Shown here: piece by piece, positions 32,245 through 42,636 of the stretch
Layout: the number at the start of each line of letters is the position of its first letter
How positions within the stretch are numbered: position 1 is the first letter of the stretch
Assembly: GCA_029258795.1 (NCBI GenBank)
Contig: JAPDKB010000002.1
Location: 32,001 to 96,000, forward strand
Length of the DNA: 64,000 bases
Direction of reading: 5' to 3'
Origin: an archaeon
GTDB taxonomy: Archaea > EX4484-52 > WAPT01
Made by a program: the position numbers and the translations under genes
Notes under the pieces: generated by a model
What the model was told of the DNA's origin: nothing
What the model saw: only the letters and a program-made list of their open reading frames with translations
The model's database searches: none

Positions 32245-34284
32245 ATGAAGAAAGTACCGATCATGAGCGCTCTTTTAATCTCCGTATTTGTTTTTATCCT
32301 ATTTCTCCCAGCATCCCATGCGGTTCAGATAATCATAATCAACGAAACTGAGGAATTCGCGCCAGCAAACCTCGAAAAAATGGTTATCAGTGGCGATCTA
32401 TTTGAGGGCATGCTGTATTTTAGCGCAGAAGGTTATGCGGCTGAAACCGGAGGGAAGGCAAAGGTTTACATAGCAGGAAAGCCCTCCGACATTCTTGTTG
32501 AAAGCGTGACAATCAACGGAAATGAAGGAAAGGTGTTTTTTGACGAGCGGGGGTATTTTGTGGTTGTTGATACGCCCTCCTTCCATCTTGAAGGCAGGAT
32601 AAAAGTGAGGAGCGGCGATAACATTCTGTTTTTCCCCGGACCAATAAACAAGCTGGAGTTCCGGCTTAAACATGGCTATGCGATAAACGGTCCGGAGTTT
32701 TACGGTGTGGTGAACAAGACAATCACCCTCAAGAAAACTTTCGTGGAAAGGTACATCTCTGTTACTGGCTCTGGCAAGATAACTGTCGAAAGCACAAATA
32801 CTGTAAGGTTCAAGTACGTGTTCGAGGTTGCGGGATATGGAGGGGTTATAGGCACGCTATCAATACCTCTGAACAACGGCGAGCTTGTTAACATCATTGA
32901 CGTGGATAACTGCGCTGGTTCCAGCTGGAACAAGAACGAGGAAGGCATAACCTTCCAGCTGCCGTGCGAGAAGGCAATAATCACGCTGGAAGGTGTGTTC
33001 TCCTGCGGGGAATGCAATTCTATCCGCTTCACAAACCCGATAGACAGCTATATGAAAGTGATTGTGGAGGCAGTGCCGGAAAAGAAGCTCACAATCAGGA
33101 CATATGCAACGGAGCTGGATGTGAGTGAAGCACCATTTCCCATGCAATATCCTAACGGCAGGGTCTTTCTGCTCAGCGGGCATCAAGCCATGACTATTGA
33201 GGTTGAGGAGCTTGAGAAACTTCCTGCTCTTGCCGCAACTATTGATAGGGCAAAATGTACGCAAGCCATAAATAAGGATGGTGCTGCACTGACGAGTTGC
33301 GAGTACCGCTACAAGAACAGCGGTATGGATTTCATAAAGTTTGAGCTGGAAGGCACGCCATTATATGCTGAAGCTAACGATAAGTCGCTCAGGCTTACGG
33401 TTGAAGATGATGACCTTTATCTCGCTTTTCCGAAGAGCAGGTATGGAGGAGATATGGAAATCATGTATTTCACGAGCATGTCAAGAATTCTACCTATTGA
33501 TTTGATCAGCTTGCCCATCCCATCCACAGAAGTTCCAACAACCGAAATGGCTGTCGATGTTTACCTGCCCAAGGACGTTTACGTTCTGGCAGCTTTTGGA
33601 GGGGACAGATTTACAAGCGAGCTTCCTGCTCTTGAGTTTGTTGTGGCGTTCACCATAGCAGTGCTTCTTGTTGGACTCGCGCTGTGGAACGATAAGAGGA
33701 AGCTTCTCATGTTTTATGTCGTTTCCGCAGCCATATACTTCATCTCCCAGCAGCTCTTCCTGATATGGCTTGCAATCTGCCTGCTTCCGTTTGTTAAGCG
33801 CAACCTGCCGACGGAGGAAATAAAGAAGACGTGGAGGGTTATAAAGTTTCTTCTTGCTACGGGAATTGTCATAGCTGCTCTGTTTTTCGTTATTTCATGG
33901 CTGTTTTCCGGAACGGGTAGCTATATGGCAGCTAAGCAAGAAGCGGCAGTGTATAAAGCTACAGGTGAGCGATTCATTGGAAATATGCCGGTGGTGGAGG
34001 AGAAGAGTGTGCAGCTTGGCGAGGAGGGTAAGGGAACAATAACCATACAGCTGAAGGAGGGAATAAAGCCGGTGAAGATGGAGATACCGCAGCTGGGTAA
34101 GGTTGTCTCGCTGCACCGCGCTCTTGTGACAGCGGAAAGACCGGCAAGCTTTAAGCTGGTTGTGATTGACAGGCTTGTGATCTACATGTTGCTGCTGGTA
34201 GCTCTCTATTTCTTCCTCAAACTGCTTCCCGATCTCAAGAAAGCGTACATCGATGCATTTCCCTCTCTCAGAAAAATAAGGTGA
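32245..34284 (+). CDS. Exported-domain membrane protein of unknown function
   Basis: Signal peptide, large beta-rich region, C-terminal TM bundle. Confidence 0.7.
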   Translation: MKKVPIMSALLISVFVFILFLPASHAVQIIIINETEEFAPANLEKMVISGDLFEGMLYFSAEGYAAETGGKAKVYIAGKPSDILVESVTINGNEGKVFFDERGYFVVVDTPSFHLEGRIKVRSGDNILFFPGPINKLEFRLKHGYAINGPEFYGVVNKTITLKKTFVERYISVTGSGKITVESTNTVRFKYVFEVAGYGGVIGTLSIPLNNGELVNIIDVDNCAGSSWNKNEEGITFQLPCEKAIITLEGVFSCGECNSIRFTNPIDSYMKVIVEAVPEKKLTIRTYATELDVSEAPFPMQYPNGRVFLLSGHQAMTIEVEELEKLPALAATIDRAKCTQAINKDGAALTSCEYRYKNSGMDFIKFELEGTPLYAEANDKSLRLTVEDDDLYLAFPKSRYGGDMEIMYFTSMSRILPIDLISLPIPSTEVPTTEMAVDVYLPKDVYVLAAFGGDRFTSELPALEFVVAFTIAVLLVGLALWNDKRKLLMFYVVSAAIYFISQQLFLIWLAICLLPFVKRNLPTEEIKKTWRVIKFLLATGIVIAALFFVISWLFSGTGSYMAAKQEAAVYKATGERFIGNMPVVEEKSVQLGEEGKGTITIQLKEGIKPVKMEIPQLGKVVSLHRALVTAERPASFKLVVIDRLVIYMLLLVALYFFLKLLPDLKKAYIDAFPSLRKIR

Positions 34285-34287
34285 TCT

Positions 34288-35454
34288 TCACTGCTCTCTC
34301 TTGCTCCCGATCGTCACCAGCTCCGTGTTTTCAAGCGCTTTTTCCACAAGCCCTTCAACATCCATATTCTCCTCTATTCTCTTCACAACCTCCAGCTTTG
34401 CCCTTGTTTCGGGATGCTTCGCTATCATGAACGAGCAGCAATCGGGATATGGTTGAATTGAAATTTCGTACGTGCCGATCCTTTTTGCAAGATCTATGGT
34501 TTCCTCCTTGTCAAAGCCAGCTAGCGGTGTGAGCACGGGCATGCCTGTAGCTTCATAAATCGCTGCAAGATTGTCCAGAGTTTGCGATGCTACCTGCGCC
34601 ACATTGTCTCCGGTGACAAGCGCGTTTGCTCCCTCCTTTCTCGCTATTTTTTCACCTATCCTCATCATGAACCGCCTGTAGATTATCATTCTGTAGGAGG
34701 CGGGCACAACCTTTATTATCTCGCGCTGCACATCTCCAAAATTCACCATGTAGAGCTTGCTCTCGCCCTGAAATTCTGCAAGCACCCTCACAATGCTCTC
34801 GATCTTCTTCCTCACCTCCCTGCTGTGCAGCGTTTCATTGAAGAAATGGACAAAAACAATTTTGCATCCGCGTTTCATGAGAAGGAATGATGCAACAGGG
34901 CTGTCTATACCGCCTGAAAGCAGGGACACCACCCTGCCGGAAACGCTGACCGGCAGACCGCCAACACCCTCAATTCTTTCCGTGTAGATGTACGCTTCCT
35001 TCTCACATATCTCGATGTGCACCACAACATCCGGCTCTTTCATCTTCACCTTCTTGCCCAGCTTCTCCACCACCACACTCCCAACCATTCTGTTGATCTC
35101 CATCGAGTTGTATGGAAAGGATTTGTTTGAGCGTGATGCCGCTATCTTGAACGTGCTGAACTTCATGTCCTGGAGAATGGCTACTGCAGCTTTCTTGATC
35201 GCCTCGATATCCAGCTTGCAAACCCTTGCCAGCGCGAAATATCTTATGCCCGGAGTTTTGCTGAGCTTCTCCGCAATTTCATCAGCCTTGCTTTCATCTC
35301 TAATCTCCACTATTATCCTTCCAAACCTTCTCCTTGCCAGCGCGCCGGCCCCCTTCACCTTCCTGTTGATGTTCTCCACCAGCTTTTTCTCAAAGAATTC
35401 CCTGTTCTCTCCTTTCAACCCTATTTCGGAATAATGCACAACAAAAACCTTCAT
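34288..35454 (-). CDS. thiI: tRNA 4-thiouridine synthase ThiI
   Basis: YSEIGLKGENR, THUMP domain, PP-loop SGGIDS, GQVASQT-like, DCC. Confidence 0.95.
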   Translation of the reverse strand: MKVFVVHYSEIGLKGENREFFEKKLVENINRKVKGAGALARRRFGRIIVEIRDESKADEIAEKLSKTPGIRYFALARVCKLDIEAIKKAAVAILQDMKFSTFKIAASRSNKSFPYNSMEINRMVGSVVVEKLGKKVKMKEPDVVVHIEICEKEAYIYTERIEGVGGLPVSVSGRVVSLLSGGIDSPVASFLLMKRGCKIVFVHFFNETLHSREVRKKIESIVRVLAEFQGESKLYMVNFGDVQREIIKVVPASYRMIIYRRFMMRIGEKIARKEGANALVTGDNVAQVASQTLDNLAAIYEATGMPVLTPLAGFDKEETIDLAKRIGTYEISIQPYPDCCSFMIAKHPETRAKLEVVKRIEENMDVEGLVEKALENTELVTIGSKREQ

Positions 35455-35500
35455 GGAGAAAAAGTATTGTGAGGAAAGGTTAAAAAGGATGAACCCGGGT

Positions 35501-36082
35501 TTACTTGCCCCTGCCCTGATTTGCTCTTATGCTCGGCCTTACCTTCTCAGCACCTTTACCCTTGTTTCTCAATCCTCTGGCTTTCTTGCCCGCTGAGGTC
35601 AGCCCTCTAAACACCCTGCCTTTGTGCGCCTTTCCCGCTATCCATCCGAGCTGTTCATCGTTCTTTATGGCCGGATGGTGTGGGTCGAGCATTATCACCT
35701 CATACCACACGTACTGTCCGTCCTCCCCCACATAATAGCTGTTCAGAACTTCGAGGTTTGGATAGTGCCTTGCTGCCCTCTCCTCAGCTATCCACTGCAA
35801 GCTTTTCTTCGGACTGAACAGAACGAAACCGTATCTCTTTGGTCTCCTACCCTGCCTGTGTCTCGGCCTCTCTCTTCCACCCCTCTTAACACGTACCCTG
35901 ACAACAACCACACCCTGCTTTGCTTTATAGCCGAGCGATCTTGCCCTGTCTATTCTTGTGGGTCTCTCAACTCTAACCACGGCAGGTTCTCTCCTCCACT
36001 TTATCAATCTCTCCTGCCATAGCTTGCCCAAGCTTTCCTTCGGTCTCTTCCACAGGGTTCTGACGTACTGGTACATGCCCAT
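35501..36082 (-). CDS. rpl15e: 50S ribosomal protein L15e
   Basis: [39 protein letters not shown]. Confidence 0.97.
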   Translation of the reverse strand: MGMYQYVRTLWKRPKESLGKLWQERLIKWRREPAVVRVERPTRIDRARSLGYKAKQGVVVVRVRVKRGGRERPRHRQGRRPKRYGFVLFSPKKSLQWIAEERAARHYPNLEVLNSYYVGEDGQYVWYEVIMLDPHHPAIKNDEQLGWIAGKAHKGRVFRGLTSAGKKARGLRNKGKGAEKVRPSIRANQGRGK

Positions 36083-36183
36083 AGAACATCACTCCATAAA
36101 CAACTGACAAACTTTCTTCATCCTCCGCAACATTTATATATTTAACTGCGCCGACTTCGTGAAGCAGTATGCCCTATACTCAA

Positions 36184-36513
36184 TCACTTTTTCTTGGAAG
36201 AGGTGCTTTTCTTCTTGGTTGTGCTTTTTGCTTTGGTTGCTGTTTTCTTTGTTTTCTTCTCCCCAACCTCGGCTTCAACCTCCTCCAGCTCGGCTTCTTC
36301 TTCCTCCAGCAGCTTGTTCATCTTGTAATCATCCCACGCTATCCACGCTACAAGCATGCCCATGAAGAACAGGAATGCTCCGAAGACGCCCTCAAACACT
36401 ATCTTGAGGCTTTTCCAGAGTGCCGCTCCAAAGTACGGGATGTTACCGATATACCAATAGATGCCAGCAGCCATCAGCAGGATACCTATGACCATCTTAA
36501 CTCCATTGTTCAT
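36184..36513 (-). CDS. Small 2-TM protein with acidic then Lys/Thr-rich tail
   Basis: Two hydrophobic helices and charged tail; explains the apparent 5' extension of the XPD ORF. Confidence 0.7.
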   Translation of the reverse strand: MNNGVKMVIGILLMAAGIYWYIGNIPYFGAALWKSLKIVFEGVFGAFLFFMGMLVAWIAWDDYKMNKLLEEEEAELEEVEAEVGEKKTKKTATKAKSTTKKKSTSSKKK

Positions 36514-36684
36514 CCGACCACCTCTAAGCATTTTTCCAGCTTTTCTGAAATTAGCGAGGGAAATTTTAAAAATCTACCAACCGCGCTCAAAAGGTCAGAG
36601 AAACGGGGAGAGTGTAAGCTGGGTTTTCCTTTCGGCATCCATGTTCTGCTAACCTTAAAAATGTTCCCTCTGCAGTTTTTCAAC

Positions 36685-38571
36685 ATGCGCTTCTTCCCGT
36701 TCTCAACGATCAGGCCCGGACAAAAGGATATGGTGGAAGCTGTAAGGGATGCGTGCGAGCAGGGGAAAGTTCTGCTGGTGCACGCTCCAACCGGAATAGG
36801 AAAGACCGCAGCTTCGCTTGCTCCTTCCTTGGAATATGCGGTGGAGCATGACAAGAGAGTTGTGTTTTTAACTCCGAGGCACACGCAGCACAAGATAGCT
36901 ATTGATACAGTCAGAAGGATAAATGCTCGTGCCAACGTGAATCTGAAAGTTGTGGATGTGATCGGTAAGAAGTGGCTTTGCAGGATGGAGGGAATAGAAA
37001 AGCTGAGCTCCGCTGAGTTCAACGAGTACTGCAGAGCTCTGAAGAGAAACGAGGCCTGCCCTTTTTACAACAACACGTGGAACAGGAGAAGTGGAGGGCT
37101 TACCAAGAAAGCTGAGGCCATGATAAAAAGCGTGAGGAGAGATGTACTCTATGCGGAAGAGGTCTATGAACTTTGCGATGACCTGTGCCCCTATGAGATC
37201 CTCATGCAGGCAGCCAGAAATGCCAACCTGCTGATAGGAGACTATTATCATATCTTCCATGAAAGAATAAGGAAGAGCTTCCTCGGCAGGAGCAACACGA
37301 AGCTGGAGGATGTTGTTCTTGTGGTGGATGAAGCGCACAACTTGCCAGCAAGGATAAGGGAACTCATGTCATCATCAACAAGCCTGCTTGCAATGAAAAG
37401 AGCTGAGAGAGAAGCGGAGGTTTTTGGCTACGACGATCTGGCCGAGATCATAGCCACAATCAGAACGCATGTGAAAAAGAAGCTGAAGGAAAAGCTGGAG
37501 AAATCCGGAACACCTCAGCTTTACGTTGGAAGAAGTTTGCTGCTCGATGCAGCTGAAAATAGTGGTGCTGATCTGGAAGAGCTGCTGGACTACATGGAGG
37601 AGGTGGCTGACGAGGTCAGGGAGGAGAAAAAGCGCTCATATGTTGGCGGGTTTGCATCATTTTTGAGGAGGTGGAAGGATGAAGCTCCAATCTACTGCAG
37701 AATAGCGGAGAAGAAGCTGACCAGAAAGGGCAGAACCAACTATGTTCTCACGCTTCACTGCCTTGACCCCGCTCCCATTGCCTCGGAGGTGTTTAAGGAA
37801 GCGCATGCCACAATTCTCATGTCCGGCACCTTGCTCCCGCTTGAAATGTATGCAGATGTGCTCGGCGCAACGGAACTTGATGCAGTCAGATTGAAACTGA
37901 GGTCGCACTTTCCGCGCAGCAACAAGCTTGAGATCGTGGTGGATGATGTTACAACCCAGTACAACAGAAGGGAGGAAAGGAACTTCGAGAAAATAGCGAA
38001 ATACATCATTTCAGTAGTTAATGCCACTCCTGACAACGTTTGCGTTTTCTTCCCGAGCTATGAGCTCCGCGACACCATCGCAAGAATGGTTGAGCTCTCG
38101 CTTGAAAAGAAGGTGCTTCTGGAGAAGCAGGGGATGAGCAAGAGCAGGAAAGCGCAGCTATTCCATGAGTTTGTAAGCGCAGCTGAGCAGGGAGGAGCAT
38201 GCCTGCTTGGTGTGATGGGTGGCAGCTTCGATCAGGGTGTTGACTTTCCGAACAACGTGGTGAAGTGTGTTATCGTGGTGGGGCTGCCACTCGAAAAACC
38301 GGATTTGCTGACCGAAGCGATGATAAACTACTATGATGCTAAATTTGGCAAGGGATGGGATTATGCCTACACCTATCCCGCAGTCATAAAAGCGCAGCAA
38401 GCAGCTGGAAGAGCCATAAGGAGTGAGAAGGATAAAGCGGTTGTGGTTTATATGGACAAGCGTTATCTCTGGGCAAACTACAGAAAGTGCTTCCCTGCTG
38501 AAACAAGATTCATAGTGTCAAGAAATCCAGCAGAGCTCATAAAAAGGTTCTTCTCGGATAGCAAGAAGTGA
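36685..38571 (+). CDS. xpd: XPD/Rad3-family Fe-S DNA helicase
   Basis: RPGQ Q-motif, APTGIGKT, four Cys, DEAH, MSGTL, QAAGRAIR. Confidence 0.92.
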   Translation: MRFFPFSTIRPGQKDMVEAVRDACEQGKVLLVHAPTGIGKTAASLAPSLEYAVEHDKRVVFLTPRHTQHKIAIDTVRRINARANVNLKVVDVIGKKWLCRMEGIEKLSSAEFNEYCRALKRNEACPFYNNTWNRRSGGLTKKAEAMIKSVRRDVLYAEEVYELCDDLCPYEILMQAARNANLLIGDYYHIFHERIRKSFLGRSNTKLEDVVLVVDEAHNLPARIRELMSSSTSLLAMKRAEREAEVFGYDDLAEIIATIRTHVKKKLKEKLEKSGTPQLYVGRSLLLDAAENSGADLEELLDYMEEVADEVREEKKRSYVGGFASFLRRWKDEAPIYCRIAEKKLTRKGRTNYVLTLHCLDPAPIASEVFKEAHATILMSGTLLPLEMYADVLGATELDAVRLKLRSHFPRSNKLEIVVDDVTTQYNRREERNFEKIAKYIISVVNATPDNVCVFFPSYELRDTIARMVELSLEKKVLLEKQGMSKSRKAQLFHEFVSAAEQGGACLLGVMGGSFDQGVDFPNNVVKCVIVVGLPLEKPDLLTEAMINYYDAKFGKGWDYAYTYPAVIKAQQAAGRAIRSEKDKAVVVYMDKRYLWANYRKCFPAETRFIVSRNPAELIKRFFSDSKK

Positions 38572-38884
38572 AGCCAAAAATCCTGTATTCCACACTCCTA
38601 CGAAGCAACCGTTCTTTCCTACTAATTTTCAATTCTTCCTCCATAGCCCTCCTCAAACATTCCATTGATGCGTGAAGATAATTAATGCGATATTTTAGCT
38701 TTTCTCGTGGAGTGTTCTGGGCGAGCTCATGAAAGCAGTCACTTAACCATTTCCAGCCATCTGGATCGTCGGGATGTTCGTCAACATACTTAAGAAAAAG
38801 GTCTTTTGCCGCTTTGTAATTCCCCTCAGCATAAAGCTGCTTTGCTATGTGGTAAGGCGAGGTTATCTCTCTTATCTCAGCCAT
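38537..38884 (-). CDS. Small TPR-like protein
   Basis: AKQLYAEGNYKAAKDLFLKYVDEHPDDPDGWKWL. Confidence 0.65.
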   Translation of the reverse strand: MAEIREITSPYHIAKQLYAEGNYKAAKDLFLKYVDEHPDDPDGWKWLSDCFHELAQNTPREKLKYRINYLHASMECLRRAMEEELKISRKERLLRRSVEYRIFGFTSCYPRRTFL

Positions 38885-39022
38885 GAAAATGAAGTAAAAA
38901 TCCGCAAGTTTTAAATTTTCAACAGATATGTTTGGAATAACAGAGTTTTCTTCGCCATCTCCTACCCAAATTCTCTCGCGTTTTCAAAAATTTTGATGGA
39001 CGTTATGAATAACCTTTTTAAA

Positions 39023-39044
39023 ATTATGAACATATGTTCATAAT
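39023..39044. promoter_or_regulatory. Perfect 22-bp palindrome, candidate DUF134 operator
   Basis: ATTATGAACATATGTTCATAAT directly before ATG 39045 and after a TTTTTAAA TATA-like box. Confidence 0.7.
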
Positions 39045-39467
39045 ATGCCCCGCAGGAAGAAGTGCAGGATGATAGGAGAGATGCCAGGAGTGCTGTTCTT
39101 CAAGCCACGTGGCATTCCAACGAGCGATTTGGAAATTGTGGAACTTAGCATGGATGAACTTGAGGCCATCAAGCTGAAGGACATGGTGGGGCTGGATCAG
39201 GAGGAATGCGCAGAAAAGATGGGCATCTCAAGACCAACATTTCATCGCATACTCACAAAAGCGAGGAGGAAAATTGCCGATGCGATGATCAACGGCAAGG
39301 CAATAAAGCTGGATGAAAATGTGAAGCTCATCAACGCGAGAAGATTCAGATGCAGAAACTGTATGCACGAATTCACCATACCGCACGGCAGGAGAGTCGT
39401 GGATGTTACTTGTCCATCCTGCGGGAGCGGCGAGTTTGAATCACTTCACAAAATTGTATGGGGGTGA
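39045..39467 (+). CDS. DUF134 family HTH regulator with C-terminal Zn ribbon
   Basis: FKPRG, DELEAIKLKD, QEECAEKMGISRPTF, ARRKIADA, CxxC pairs. Confidence 0.9.
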   Translation: MPRRKKCRMIGEMPGVLFFKPRGIPTSDLEIVELSMDELEAIKLKDMVGLDQEECAEKMGISRPTFHRILTKARRKIADAMINGKAIKLDENVKLINARRFRCRNCMHEFTIPHGRRVVDVTCPSCGSGEFESLHKIVWG

Positions 39468-39473
39468 TGTTTT

Positions 39474-39698
39474 ATGCCTTGGGGGAGAGGTCTTGGAAGA
39501 ATGCGCGGATGGAGATGTTTTGGTAGAGGATGGAATTTCGCTTTCTGGAGGGGGAGGGGTAGAGGAATGAGAGCTGGACCTCCGGCTAAATGTGTTTGTC
39601 CTAACTGCGGATATGAGGTGGTGCATGTTAGGGGCAGGCCATGTTCATCAGAAATCTGTCCCAAGTGCGGCAGCAGGATGGTTGGGAAGTGGGAGTAA
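39474..39698 (+). CDS. Small Gly/Arg-rich Zn-ribbon protein
   Basis: GRGRG repeats; CVCPNCG..H..G.PC...CPKCG. Confidence 0.75.
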   Translation: MPWGRGLGRMRGWRCFGRGWNFAFWRGRGRGMRAGPPAKCVCPNCGYEVVHVRGRPCSSEICPKCGSRMVGKWE

Positions 39699-39717
39699 AT
39701 TTTGGGGGTGAGGTTAC

Positions 39718-40137
39718 ATGAAAATCTGTGTTCCAGCAACAGGAGAGGGTCTTGAGGTAAGGATATGTCCTGTATTTGGCAGAGCACCTTACTTTGTTTT
39801 TGTGGAGGTGGATGATGGAGGAAACATAACCTCATGGAACGCGGAAAAGAACCCAGCCGAGTATGCGAGGGGTGGTGCGGGCATAATGGCATCCCAGAAG
39901 GTGGTGGATGCTGGCTGTGATGCACTCATAACCATTTCAATCGGGCCTAAAGCCTATGATGTGCTGAGAGCATCGGGAGTGAAGGTTTATGCCGGGGTGG
40001 AGGCATCGGTAAAGGATAATGTTGAAAAGCTGGTTAGAAACGAGCTGAGCGAGATGGTTGAAGCTGTGCCTGGAAGGTTCGGAAGAGGATGGAGAGGAGT
40101 AAGGGGCTTTGGAGCAGGGAGAGGGTGGAGATGGTGA
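39718..40137 (+). CDS. NifB/NifX family protein
   Basis: FGRAPYF, GGAGI, IGPKAYDVL. Confidence 0.88.
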   Translation: MKICVPATGEGLEVRICPVFGRAPYFVFVEVDDGGNITSWNAEKNPAEYARGGAGIMASQKVVDAGCDALITISIGPKAYDVLRASGVKVYAGVEASVKDNVEKLVRNELSEMVEAVPGRFGRGWRGVRGFGAGRGWRW

Positions 40138-41390
40138 AGAACAGACACGCTGCTTTACGTGAGGGAATTAGGGCTATGCGTAACGTTTCCGTAGCTCTAT
40201 TGCTGCTTGCTGCCCTGAAATTTGCAGTTGGAATCATTGCCAACGCTCCCGTGCTTGTAGCGGACTCGCTCCATACCCTTGTGGATCTTTCCGCGGTGCT
40301 TGCCGTGCTTTTAGGCATAAAGCTTGCTACAAGACCTCCCTCGGAAAGGTTTCCGTACGGTTATTACAAGGCCGAATCTCTGGCAGCGCTTTTCGTTTCG
40401 GTAATCATAATGTACGGCGCGTACGAACTGGTTGGTGGGGCATTGCACAGGTGGAAGGAAGGCGCAGCCATCAACATGGTTCCGCTGGCTTCGGTTGTTG
40501 CAGCTATATCTCTGGTGCTCTCTTATATCCTTTCCAAGTATGAGGAAAGGGCAGCATTGCTGACGGGATCGGATGCCATCTCTGCCACCTCAAAAGAAGC
40601 ATTGCTTGACGTCTTTTCTTCGGGCATGGTTCTGGTTTCCATCTTGCTCTCGTCAGCAGGACTTGCGTTCGTTGAAAGCGCAGTTACCATCCTCATCAGC
40701 CTGCTGGTTTTCAAGCTCGCTTTTGAAAATGTGTATTCAAGCATCATGGCTTTGATGGATGTCAGCCCTAGCAGGAAGATGGAGCAAAATGTAAGAAAAG
40801 TTCTGGAGAGCATGCCCGCCATAGTTGGTTATAGGGACATGCGTCTCAGAAAGGCGGGCCCGTTCATATTTGGGGAGGTAACCATAATTACGGATCCAAA
40901 GCTTGATGTCGAAAAAGCCCACAGCATTGCTGACGAGGTTGAGAGGAAAGTTATGGAAGAGGTGCCGCAGATAGAGCATCTTGTGGTGCATCTCGAGCCG
41001 TATGAGAAAGAGAAGTTGAGAGTTATCGTGCCCGTTACAGGGAATGAGGGAATGAATTCAAAACTTGCAGAACACTTCGGAAGGGCTGAAGGGTTCCTCA
41101 TCTTTGAGGTTGAAAAAAAGAAGGGGAAAATGAAATTGCTTGATTTTGTCAAGAACTTGCAAAAACAAAAGAAGGTGAGAGCGGGATTAGCTGCCGCAAA
41201 ACAGCTGCTGAAAAATGTCGAGTTTGATGCAGTCATAACTAAAGAGATGGGAGAGATAGCGTTTCATGTCCTGAAGGATGAGGGTAAGGATGTTTACAGG
41301 GCAAAAGGCTCTACCGCTGAAGAGGCTGTGAAGCTTTTCATGAAGGATGAGCTTGAAAAACTGGATACGCCCACAAAGGAAAAGGAGTGA
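40131..41390 (+). CDS. Cation diffusion facilitator fused to a NifB/NifX domain
   Basis: ADSLHTLVD, FPYGYYKAE, AHSIADEVE, HLEP, then HFGRAEGF. Confidence 0.9.
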   Translation: MVKNRHAALREGIRAMRNVSVALLLLAALKFAVGIIANAPVLVADSLHTLVDLSAVLAVLLGIKLATRPPSERFPYGYYKAESLAALFVSVIIMYGAYELVGGALHRWKEGAAINMVPLASVVAAISLVLSYILSKYEERAALLTGSDAISATSKEALLDVFSSGMVLVSILLSSAGLAFVESAVTILISLLVFKLAFENVYSSIMALMDVSPSRKMEQNVRKVLESMPAIVGYRDMRLRKAGPFIFGEVTIITDPKLDVEKAHSIADEVERKVMEEVPQIEHLVVHLEPYEKEKLRVIVPVTGNEGMNSKLAEHFGRAEGFLIFEVEKKKGKMKLLDFVKNLQKQKKVRAGLAAAKQLLKNVEFDAVITKEMGEIAFHVLKDEGKDVYRAKGSTAEEAVKLFMKDELEKLDTPTKEKE

Positions 41391-41394
41391 GGTG

Positions 41395-41739
41395 ATGCGA
41401 ATGAAAATTGCCATACCGCTTGAGGAAAATAAGGGGGTTGATTCAAGAGTTGCGGAGCACTTCGGAAGGGTGAGATTCTTTCTGATATATGATACGGAAA
41501 GCGGAAGTTTTGAGGTGGTTGATTTTGAGAAGGAGGAGGAAGGAGTCTGCAGCCCTGCGAGCTTTCTCATAGAGAGAGGTGTGCATGCCGTTTATGTGCT
41601 TGGAATGGGTTACAAAGCGAGATGCATGCTTGAGGAAGCAGGCGTGCAGGTTCTCACAGGAGAGTACACGATAGCGAGAGACATCCTCAAAAATCTCGAC
41701 CGCTTGAATAAATTTGAGGGAGGGTGTACTCATCACTGA
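41395..41739 (+). CDS. NifB/NifX family protein
   Basis: MKIAIP, AEHFGRVRFF. Confidence 0.85.
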   Translation: MRMKIAIPLEENKGVDSRVAEHFGRVRFFLIYDTESGSFEVVDFEKEEEGVCSPASFLIERGVHAVYVLGMGYKARCMLEEAGVQVLTGEYTIARDILKNLDRLNKFEGGCTHH

Positions 41740-41754
41740 AGTGGAAAGTGCGGT

Positions 41755-42636
41755 GTGTGTTCGATGCCCTTTACGATATGTGTTGTTTCAGGTAAGGGTG
41801 GTGTTGGCAAGACAACGGTAGCCGCAGCTCTCTCCAAAATATTGGCAAGAAAGTACAGGGTACTTGCGGTTGATGCGGATGTTGAATGCCCAAACCTCCA
41901 CATCCTTTTGAAGGCAGGAGAGCTTGAGAAGGTGAGGGACGTTTGCACCACGCTTCCCGAGATAGATGAGAAGCGATGCATCCAATGCGGCAGGTGTGTG
42001 GAAGTGTGCAGAAAAAACGCGCTTTTCAGGAGAAAAGAAGGAGTTCCTCTCCTAATAGAAGAGCAGTGCAACGGCTGCAAGGCATGCTTCATTGTGTGTC
42101 CCACCAAAGCTATAGGGGAGAAAAAAGTTGTGATGGGAACGATAAGGAAGCGCGTGATCGAAAATGACAGGCTGGTTTTGCTATCCGGAGAGTTAGAGGT
42201 GGGACAGGAGGAGCCGACACCTGTTGTCAGAGAGCTGATGAGGGAGGTTGAAGCTGTAAAGCGTGATTTCGATTTTGTGGTGGTGGATGCAGCTCCCGGC
42301 GTGAAGTGCAACGTGGCTGCAGCTCTCGAGGGATGCGATCACACCTTGCTTGTTGTGGAGCCGACACCTTTCGGTGTTGAAGATGCGAAGCGAGTTGCGG
42401 AGCTAATCAAAATTATAGGTGTGGATGCTCATGTTGTCATCAACAGGTCTGTAAAGCGGGAGGAAGATGAGAAGAGAGTAATGGGTAGCGTACCATTTTC
42501 TGTAATCTGTACTTTACCCTACTCCACGGAAGCCGTTAGACTCTATGTGGCAGGAGATGTGGAAAAGATGGAAGGTATAGGGGATATCGCAAAAGCTGTG
42601 GAGAAGCTTGCGGAGCTTTCGGGTGAGGAGGGATGA
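41755..42636 (+). CDS. MinD/ParA-type ATPase with inserted 2x[4Fe-4S] ferredoxin
   Basis: SGKGGVGKT, DADVECPN, two CxxCxxCxxxC motifs, EPTPFG. Confidence 0.9.
   Translation: MCSMPFTICVVSGKGGVGKTTVAAALSKILARKYRVLAVDADVECPNLHILLKAGELEKVRDVCTTLPEIDEKRCIQCGRCVEVCRKNALFRRKEGVPLLIEEQCNGCKACFIVCPTKAIGEKKVVMGTIRKRVIENDRLVLLSGELEVGQEEPTPVVRELMREVEAVKRDFDFVVVDAAPGVKCNVAAALEGCDHTLLVVEPTPFGVEDAKRVAELIKIIGVDAHVVINRSVKREEDEKRVMGSVPFSVICTLPYSTEAVRLYVAGDVEKMEGIGDIAKAVEKLAELSGEEG

Noticed and set aside
36169-36684. Apparent 172-aa N-terminal extension of XPD
   Set aside because: It is antisense to a plausible small membrane gene; the helicase starts at MRFFPF (36685), just before the Q motif.
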